A DNA stretch of 64,000 bases, taken from the IMG/VR virus record IMGVR_UViG_3300024272_002379. One strand, 5' to 3'. This DNA is from a virus. Lineage: Duplodnaviria > Caudoviricetes. A program made the position numbers and the translations under genes. Below the pieces are notes generated by a model. It was not told where the DNA came from. It saw nothing but the letters and a program-made list of their open reading frames with translations, and ran no database searches. Below, piece by piece: positions 9,689 through 17,097 of this stretch. The number at the start of each line of letters is the position of its first letter. Within the stretch, counting starts at the first letter, position 1.

Positions 9689-10435
9689 ATGATTACTTTA
9701 ACACAGATGATTTATGCTACCATAATCATTATTGTGGTAGTGGCATTAATTGTTTCAGGCAAATTACGTGCATTAGGTAAGGCGTTTCTTAATCTTTTCG
9801 TGGAAGATTTAGCGGCATCTCCAGAAGGAGCTGAGGCTTTATTTAACCAGAAAATTGAAGAAGTTGAAGATAAGTATCGTAAGGCTAACGATGTTTTCTC
9901 AAGAATCGCTGGTGAACGTACAAACTGCAAGAAACAGGTAGAGAATTTAAACGCTAGATTAAAAAGAGTAGAGTCTGTTTGTGAACAGTTAGCTCAGGCT
10001 CAGGATGTAGAAAGTTTAAAAATTAAAGCTTCTGAACGTGCAGAAATCGTAGAAGAAATTAAGCTTCATGAAGAAACATTAGTAACACTTGAAGCTGCAT
10101 TAAAAGACGCAACTGAAGCAAGAAATGCTTGCGAAGAAAATCTTAACGAGCTGAGAAAACAGAAGAAACAGGTTGTTACAAAGATGAAACGTAACAGAGA
10201 TATGAAGGCAGTTTATGATGACCTTAATGGCATCGGTGCTGGTGACCATACTTCTAAATTACTTGATAAAGTAATTGAAAGAGGTACTGATTTAAACAAT
10301 CTCGTTACAGGTTCCAAAGAGGCTTATGATTCTAAGACCTCTACAAAATCAAGAAAGATTGACCAGAAACTCAGTGCTTCTGAAAACGATGCATATGTTC
10401 AAAGTTTACTGGGCAAGTACAGCAAAAAGTCATAA
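9689..10435 (+). CDS. PspA/IM30-like coiled-coil protein with N-terminal TM
   Basis: TM helix followed by a long coiled coil of PspA-like length. Confidence 0.6.
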   Translation: MITLTQMIYATIIIIVVVALIVSGKLRALGKAFLNLFVEDLAASPEGAEALFNQKIEEVEDKYRKANDVFSRIAGERTNCKKQVENLNARLKRVESVCEQLAQAQDVESLKIKASERAEIVEEIKLHEETLVTLEAALKDATEARNACEENLNELRKQKKQVVTKMKRNRDMKAVYDDLNGIGAGDHTSKLLDKVIERGTDLNNLVTGSKEAYDSKTSTKSRKIDQKLSASENDAYVQSLLGKYSKKS

Positions 10436-10453
10436 CATCAGGAGGGAATTATT

Positions 10454-12049
10454 ATGAAACAGTACAGAATTACAGGTAAGGCAAAAATTTTAATCATTGT
10501 CTTTGTTATTGTAGTATTGGCAGGACTTATCGGCGGTGGCTTAAAAACAGGCCTTATCAAAAACGACATCAAAGATGGTGGTAGTAATACAGTAGTATCT
10601 CAGGACAGCAATACAGGTTCTAACAAAAAAGAAGAATCTAATGCTACAGTAAAACCAGAAGTAACAGATACAATTAACCTCTCATTAGATGAGTGGATTG
10701 GTTGGAAATCTATTGTAGATGCTAATGGTGATTTAACAACAGATGCAGAAGAAGCTTTTGCTTTAATGGGTATCAATGTAAACATTCATGTTATGAATGA
10801 TGCCACACAGTCAAGTAATGCATTAATCAAAGGTGATTTGGATGCTGCTGGTTATACAATCAACAGAACTGCATTCTTATCTTCTAAGTTTAAAAATGCT
10901 GGCGTAGATGTTGTAATGCCATTCATTACTAACTATTCTAACGGCGGTGACGGTATTATCGCAAAATCAAGTATCAAATCAGTTAATGACTTAGTTGGTG
11001 CTAAAATCGGTGTACCAGAATTCTCTGAGGCTCAGACATTAGTTGTTTGGTTTGTAAACAATTCTAACTTAACTCAGGCAGAAAAAGATACAATTATCGA
11101 CAATCTTATTATGTTTGCAACTCCAGATGAAGCCGCTAAAGCGTTCTTCTCAGGACAGGTTGATGTAGCTGCTACATGGGAACCATATTTAACACAGGCT
11201 GAAAATATGACAGATTGCCATATCTTATTTAGTACAGCAAGTTCTTCAAATCTTGTAATGGATGGTATCTTATTCCGTAAGGATTTCGTAGATGCTAATC
11301 CAGAAACTGTAGAAAAATTCATTATGGCTTGTTTAATGGCTGCTGATAAATATGAAACAGATTTCGATGCAATCAGAAAAGTTATGCCTATGTATTCTAC
11401 AATGTCTGATGAAGACATTAAGGCAAACTGTGTTGCTGCTAAGTTAACAACATGGAAAGATAATGCTGATTTATTAAACGGAACTGCTAAGATTATGTAC
11501 ACAGACATGTGTGAAGTATGGCAGTCTATCGGTGAAGAAGTCGATGCAAGTATCGTAGATACTTTATTTGATGATAAATACATTCAGAATATCGCTTTTA
11601 ATTTCAGCAGTACAGATTCATCTTATGATACAGGTAAAACTCAGGTAACAGAAGAGAATAAACAGATTATTGCTGATACACAGGCATTACTTGGCGGTAC
11701 AGCATCTGTAACATTCGAGAAGAATACAGCTAAATTCTCTGATTCTGCCGCTGCTTCTGCTGAACTTAATAAGTTTATTGAAATGGCAAAAGTACTTGAC
11801 GGTGCTATTATCGAGATTGCTGGTAATACAGACCCAAATCCTAACAGCGACCCTCTCGATGAGTACAATAAGAAATTGTCTTCTCAGAGAGCTGAAGCTG
11901 TTAAGAATTACTTCATCATGAACGGTATTTCTGCTGATAGAATTGTTACGGTTGGTAACGGTTCAAGCAATCCTATCGTTGATAACGATACAGAAGAGCA
12001 TCGTGCAATGAATCGTCGTACAGACGTATCATTTAAAATTATTGAATAA
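10454..12049 (+). CDS. ABC substrate-binding protein fused to OmpA/MotB-like peptidoglycan-binding domain
   Basis: SNGGDGIIA, DVAATWEPY; C-terminal GNTD..YNKKLSSQRAEAV..NRR. Confidence 0.88.
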   Translation: MKQYRITGKAKILIIVFVIVVLAGLIGGGLKTGLIKNDIKDGGSNTVVSQDSNTGSNKKEESNATVKPEVTDTINLSLDEWIGWKSIVDANGDLTTDAEEAFALMGINVNIHVMNDATQSSNALIKGDLDAAGYTINRTAFLSSKFKNAGVDVVMPFITNYSNGGDGIIAKSSIKSVNDLVGAKIGVPEFSEAQTLVVWFVNNSNLTQAEKDTIIDNLIMFATPDEAAKAFFSGQVDVAATWEPYLTQAENMTDCHILFSTASSSNLVMDGILFRKDFVDANPETVEKFIMACLMAADKYETDFDAIRKVMPMYSTMSDEDIKANCVAAKLTTWKDNADLLNGTAKIMYTDMCEVWQSIGEEVDASIVDTLFDDKYIQNIAFNFSSTDSSYDTGKTQVTEENKQIIADTQALLGGTASVTFEKNTAKFSDSAAASAELNKFIEMAKVLDGAIIEIAGNTDPNPNSDPLDEYNKKLSSQRAEAVKNYFIMNGISADRIVTVGNGSSNPIVDNDTEEHRAMNRRTDVSFKIIE

Positions 12050-12062
12050 TTGAATATTGTGT

Positions 12063-12093
12063 AAGACCCTAGTTAATAGCTAGGGTCTTTTTT
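12063..12093 (+). terminator. intrinsic terminator
   Basis: AAGACCCTAG..CTAGGGTCTT then T-run. Confidence 0.75.
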
Positions 12094-12110
12094 ATTGGAG
12101 GTGTGGTGGA

Positions 12111-12533
12111 TTGATAAAGAAAACTCAACCATATGAAAAGTTAGTGGATTATGTAAAGGACAATCCACAAAAAGGATTAACCATTCCACATACAGAAATT
12201 GAAACAATTATCGGAATTCCTTACAAAAGTAGCAGATACTCATATCATGTTACTAAGGCAAACGATAAATTAACACAGGTTTCATTAAGACTGGAACCAA
12301 TTAACGGATTTGGTTACCGTATCATTCAGGATAATCAGTATGTTGACAGTATGCGTAAATCGTACAATATGGCAGTTAGAAACATTCAAAAAGCAAAATT
12401 CATTGCTGACAATACTGATGTTACAACTTTAAATGTTGGCGAACATATGGAATGGCATACTGTATCGCTAAAGATTAAGAACGCTCAAAGTGCATTAGAT
12501 GCGATTTTACCAAAACCAACAAATATCCCATAG
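12111..12533 (+). CDS. putative winged-helix protein, companion of RAMP gene
   Basis: helix-turn-helix then LEPINGFGYRI wing; TTG start with GGAGG. Confidence 0.6.
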   Translation: MIKKTQPYEKLVDYVKDNPQKGLTIPHTEIETIIGIPYKSSRYSYHVTKANDKLTQVSLRLEPINGFGYRIIQDNQYVDSMRKSYNMAVRNIQKAKFIADNTDVTTLNVGEHMEWHTVSLKIKNAQSALDAILPKPTNIP

Positions 12534-12543
12534 GAGGGAACAA

Positions 12544-13005
12544 ATGGCAAACGAATATAATTATGATGCTGCGATAAAAGTAATTCTTGACGCATTTACA
12601 GTAGGAACAAATGTTACATATGAACAATTAGAAGTTGCAATGGGATTAAAATCTCCTATTACATCAGCAACTCCTGCAAACAATTGTGCTCTTTCAAAAC
12701 TTAAACGTCGTCTTAAAGAAGAACATGGCTTAGTTATGAAAAGTGCCAATGTAAAAGGTGGCGAAAACAATTACTATGTCATTTCTAAAGTTAAAGATAA
12801 TGTAATTAGCAAGAAAGAATCCAATTCAGATAAGGATTCTAATTATGAAGCTTTATCAAAAAACAATCAGAAACTCTACATGGAATTGGAAAATGCAAAA
12901 GCTGCTAACGCAGCATTACAGGAAAAATATATTGCATTGCAGGAAAAAGAACTGGAGTATATTACAATCATCCAGTCTTTAATGGCTCTTGCAGGCATCG
13001 CATAG
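12544..13005 (+). CDS. putative winged-helix plus coiled-coil protein
   Basis: VTYEQLEVAMGL..LKRRLKEEHGL..YYVI; start moved to RBS-supported 12544. Confidence 0.55.
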   Translation: MANEYNYDAAIKVILDAFTVGTNVTYEQLEVAMGLKSPITSATPANNCALSKLKRRLKEEHGLVMKSANVKGGENNYYVISKVKDNVISKKESNSDKDSNYEALSKNNQKLYMELENAKAANAALQEKYIALQEKELEYITIIQSLMALAGIA

Positions 13006-13015
13006 GAGGTATTCT

Positions 13016-13516
13016 ATGGCAATAGTAGGAGAATGGATACCACAGTCTGGCTACAAAGGTAAAGCAGATGCAAACAAAGTAGCTTACGAAATTGAAACCA
13101 TTGGAATCAGTAACACTACGGATGAGTTTAATACTCAGGAAATGGTAGATTATGCTCGTAATAATCCAGGGTCAGAATTACATAAGTTATTTGAATGGAA
13201 CGATAGCGTTGCTGCTGAAGCATATCGAAATCAGCAAGCACGAGATATTTTACGTTTCTTAAAAATTACTGTTGTTGATGATACGACTCAGACTAAAAAT
13301 CCTACATTAGTTAGGTATTTTGTTAGTACTGGTAATCATGATGGTATGTATAAGAAAACAGAACCTATATTCCAGAATGCTTCAGAAGCAGATAGGGTAT
13401 TAGAAAATATGAGAAGAGACGCTGAAAACTTTATTAATAGATACAAAGCATATCTCAGTCTCAATCCAAATTTATCTAACGCTATTACAGCTTTACAGGC
13501 AGTTGTTAATCCTTAA
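13016..13516 (+). CDS. conserved phage protein adjacent to RAMP gene
   Basis: VDYAR..SELHKLFEWNDSVAAEAYRNQQAR motif; RBS at 13016. Confidence 0.7.
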   Translation: MAIVGEWIPQSGYKGKADANKVAYEIETIGISNTTDEFNTQEMVDYARNNPGSELHKLFEWNDSVAAEAYRNQQARDILRFLKITVVDDTTQTKNPTLVRYFVSTGNHDGMYKKTEPIFQNASEADRVLENMRRDAENFINRYKAYLSLNPNLSNAITALQAVVNP

Positions 13517-13523
13517 GTTTTAT

Positions 13524-14238
13524 ACCTTGCTGTATATATATTGGCTTTAATTGGTCAATGAAAATACAACAAATTAGGACAAACCAATCCAGCAGAGAAC
13601 ATTATCAGCATACTACAGGACATAAGCAGGATAGGACATCACAAACGGCTCGTTAGAGCCTTTATATATACAGCAAGGTTGTTGTATAAAGCTCATTATA
13701 GGACAGAATAGCTCATAGCAGATGATATCATTAAAATACATAATAACACAAAGTCTTTTATAATCTCTTATATGTATATCGACTTTAAATGCTTAGAGTC
13801 AATATACATGTAAGAGAGGACAGGACAACTCAGTGCATTTCTACCACAACAAATGACAATGTATAACAAAGCAGAGGGGCGATTTTCGCCCCATTTTTAT
13901 GAATACATATATTGGCTTTAATGGTCAATAGAACAATACAGTGCAGAGCAGTATATAATAGCTCAGTTAAGAATACCATAGCATAACACAAATGGCTCTT
14001 AGAGCCTTTATATGTGTTCATAAATAGATATATTGACTTTAGCAGTCAATAAGCTCAAAAGACCGTAGAACAGGACAGCTCATTACAAAGTAGTTCAGGT
14101 TAAAACAAGCGAAAACAAAGGCTCGTTAGAGTCAATGTATGTGTTTATGAAACACAAAAGCACAAAGACAGCATAATACATGTCAGTGCAACATAGGATA
14201 TTACAAATCATTACAAAATCCTATTGAAAATCAATAGG
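13524..14238 (+). repeat. array of six 5-nt-periodic (NYA-NN)n tracts in repeated hairpin scaffolds; putative guide-RNA array
   Basis: invariant A every 5 nt over 80 units; repeated scaffold arms ATATYGRCTTTA...TTAGAGYC inside long inverted repeats. Confidence 0.9.
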
Positions 14239-14256
14239 TAGAAAGCGAGACGCATT

Positions 14257-14913
14257 ATGGCAGCTAAAGTTACAGAAGAAGTAAAAGAGATTCAGAACAA
14301 AATTAATTTCGCTACAGCAACAATTACAATTGTTGGCGATAGTGACCTTATTCTTAACAAAATGAGAGATAGCACTACTCAGGAACTTGCAGATAAACAG
14401 GAAGGTAAAGTACAGGGTACAAAGAAACCTGTAAACATGTACGAGCATCTTGTTGGTTCCATTCATTGGCTCAAGGGAGAAGAAACAGACTATACAGAAG
14501 AAGGCTGGTTGAATGCATTAAAGAATAATGTTCCAGGTTATCCATCTTCAGGTATGAAGAAAGCATTATGTGATGCTGTTGTTCGTGTATTAGGCGAAAC
14601 ATATAGCACAAAGTTCAATGCTAACGTACAGATTCTTAATAGCTTCTTACCAATCGAATTTGGTTCAAGTGCTTATGATAAATCATTATTTAGCCCTCAG
14701 AAGGGTAGTCCAGTTCTTTGTTACAGAAATGTATTCAGAGATTGGAAAACAACATTTACAATTAAATATATTCCAGACAATTATTCATTAGACCGTATCA
14801 TCGAAGTTATTAACTGTGCAGGTTTTGCATGTGGTATCGGTAGCCACAGACCATCAAGTAAAGGTGGCTCCAACGGTATGTTCCACGTAGAATCCGTTAT
14901 GGAAGTAGTTTAA
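14257..14913 (+). CDS. stand-alone Cas7/RAMP-like RNA-binding protein
   Basis: beta1 ITIVGDSDLILN, PSSGMKKAL, YRNVFRDW, C-terminal Gly loop AGFACGIGSHRPSSKGGSNGMF. Confidence 0.8.
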   Translation: MAAKVTEEVKEIQNKINFATATITIVGDSDLILNKMRDSTTQELADKQEGKVQGTKKPVNMYEHLVGSIHWLKGEETDYTEEGWLNALKNNVPGYPSSGMKKALCDAVVRVLGETYSTKFNANVQILNSFLPIEFGSSAYDKSLFSPQKGSPVLCYRNVFRDWKTTFTIKYIPDNYSLDRIIEVINCAGFACGIGSHRPSSKGGSNGMFHVESVMEVV

Positions 14914-14921
14914 GTACATAT

Positions 14922-15650
14922 GGGAAGGAAAACCCTATAATAAACCGCTAAGATGAAGGCAGACCAAGGCTGTTGCAGGACCTGAAAAGGCGTTCGCACT
15001 TAGATGTAATAAAAGCGAAGATTAGGAGACTCATATGCAAAACCCTGACATATGACATGGAGAAATACCGTTGAATGCAACCAGGTAGTTAAGATTTTAT
15101 ACCGACAGAAACGACCGTTACTGCGTAGCTCAAAGTCGGAAGTTTACTTAATTGAAATAAAAAACAAATAGAGAGCAAAGGTAACAGCTAAGATATTACG
15201 ACCTCATGGGTGCCAACCACGCACACGAATCCGTATTAAATCTGACGTAGAGGCAAGTTCACTTAGATGCAATCAAGAACTTTAGCGTGGGTGCTTCACA
15301 ACTGCATAAATATTTTGAGAAGGAAAACTCGCTATCAAACCGCTAGGTTATGGGTCCCTTACCATGTTTAAAGACCTTGAACTCCTAGAGCGTAAGCATT
15401 TGTAACAAAAGTTTTAAAATTGAATAGTGGCTTTAGTGGTTTGATGGAAACCATCTCCCAGGAGGGGACTGGTGCGAATGAACCCAGGAGACAGGACTAA
15501 CTCCTTACACCAGCGAGTCTTGAATTAGACCGCTCGGAGAAACGATGCCCAGCTAAGTTTTCAGAGGGATAAGGTATGCTTTGCAGGAAACCCTCGGTGC
15601 TGTTTGCCTATTTCTCCTACCAGGCTTCTTAGATGCAATAAAAAGACCGA
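14922..15650 (+). ncRNA. array of five related pseudoknot-like RNA units
   Basis: repeated GCTAAG...CTTAGATGYAAT with variable 36-70 nt inserts. Confidence 0.65.
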
Positions 15651-15871
15651 TAAAACAAAATAGGATATAGTTGGTAATATACGTAGTTTCGGGTTCGAGG
15701 AACCATTTTCTGTACCATCCACAGGAATAAACGAAGAGGAATTACAAGTACATTGGCGACAAGGTGTGCGAACAAAGACGACCATTACAGTCATTCATGG
15801 TTAATCGTGTACAAAATGTATGAGAGTATCATATGCACTGCTCTCATACTACTTGTCGAACGAAATAAGTA

Positions 15872-15899
15872 TTGAAATATTTTTCAAATCTGTTACAAT
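15872..15899 (+). promoter_or_regulatory. sigma-A promoter (extended -10)
   Basis: TTGAAA-16-TACAAT with TG; precedes tRNA-Gln. Confidence 0.6.
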
Positions 15900-15912
15900 A
15901 TATAACACATAT

Positions 15913-15984
15913 AGGGCTATCGCCAAGCGGTAAGGCACAGGATTTTGATTCCTGCATCCGTTGGTTCGAATCCAACTAGCCCTG
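15913..15984 (+). tRNA. tRNA-Gln(TTG)
   Basis: CAGGA-TTTTGAT-TCCTG. Confidence 0.93.
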
Positions 15985-16069
15985 TTCATAGTGGTCAGTG
16001 TTAATGCACACTGTAAATAAAGTAGCCTCTCGATTGGCTTTCAATGGTCAGCTTTAACCACTATAACAT

Positions 16070-16244
16070 ACACGGGTTGTCTGAGCTGGTGAGAGATGAT
16101 ATCTTATCAATAGGCCAGTGAACTAGGTGCCAACCACTCTGATTAGAGTAGGGACATGTGAAAGTTATAAGGGAAGGAACGCTGATACGTAGCATTGTTT
16201 TGGTAACTTGATGAGTAGTAGAGGTTCGATTCCTTGCCCGTGTG
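16070..16244 (+). ncRNA. tRNA-like RNA with ~100-nt insert in place of anticodon arm
   Basis: ACACGGGT/GCCCGTGT acceptor, GAGG-TTCGATT-CCTT T-arm, CTTATCAA/TTGATGAG helix. Confidence 0.55.
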
Positions 16245-16259
16245 TTAAAGACCAAGCAA

Positions 16260-16332
16260 AGGTAAGTAGCTCAGTTGGGAGAGCACCCTGCATTGAGCGG
16301 GGTCGTCGCAGGTTCGAGTCCTGCCTTGTCTT
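16260..16332 (+). tRNA. atypical tRNA (loop CATTGAG, nominal TTG; identity uncertain)
   Basis: canonical D/T arms, A at position 33, two G.U in acceptor. Confidence 0.6.
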
Positions 16333-16494
16333 GATATAAGCTGAAGTCTTGAAGCCAAGTATAGTCATGCGGTGGGTGGATATTTACATTAGGTCCAATG
16401 AGATTAGACTTTAGTATCTATCAAATAGAACTGTTGACTAAAAATAATGCCCAGCAAAAACCATATGCTGGGCTATTTTATTGGAGGAAATTAT

Positions 16495-17043
16495 ATGAAT
16501 TTAATAGTAACTCTTTGCCTTATATGTATTTTTATTGAAATATATCATGTCTGTTACCATGATTACATATATAATCAGATATTTAATCCAATGTCAAAAA
16601 GACATGAAATGATTAAGGCATATCAAGATTTATGGCGTAGCCATGTAAAATTCGTAAAAGGCTATAGAGACAATAAGAAAAAAGAAGAAATCAGCCTTGA
16701 GGACATTGAGGCTATACAAAAACTAACACAATTTACAGAACATTTTGGAACAAAAAGCTCATTCTTTAAGAAAGAATTCGTAGATTATTTTGGCTCTCTA
16801 ATGGTTGGTAAATTTGTTCTTCAGCAGTTCATTGAGATTGCGTATTCAATTATTATTATCATTATAGCGTTAAACTTACCAATTGGTATAGGACTTGTAT
16901 TTTACATATTTATGATATTAATTTCATATTTCGCTCAGCAAAACGAAAAAGCCAATGCTGAAGATAAAATTAAATATCTCTACATAGCAGATACAATAAT
17001 CTGCATTACGGTGTACTTTGTAATTATTTTTGCATATTGTTAA
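16495..17043 (+). CDS. membrane protein
   Basis: several TM segments; start moved to RBS-supported 16495. Confidence 0.7.
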   Translation: MNLIVTLCLICIFIEIYHVCYHDYIYNQIFNPMSKRHEMIKAYQDLWRSHVKFVKGYRDNKKKEEISLEDIEAIQKLTQFTEHFGTKSSFFKKEFVDYFGSLMVGKFVLQQFIEIAYSIIIIIIALNLPIGIGLVFYIFMILISYFAQQNEKANAEDKIKYLYIADTIICITVYFVIIFAYC

Positions 17044-17097
17044 CACTTAGCCCCTTCCTAACGGAAGGGGCTTAAAATCTTATAGGAGGTGAATATC

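Noticed and set aside
13830-14021. 63-aa minus-strand ORF across the array
   Set aside because: No RBS, antisense to the locus, and 5-nt periodicity is not a coding signature
13524-14238. Canonical CRISPR array or simple microsatellite
   Set aside because: No identical 25-45 nt direct repeats with unique spacers; the pentamers vary at fixed positions rather than being slippage copies
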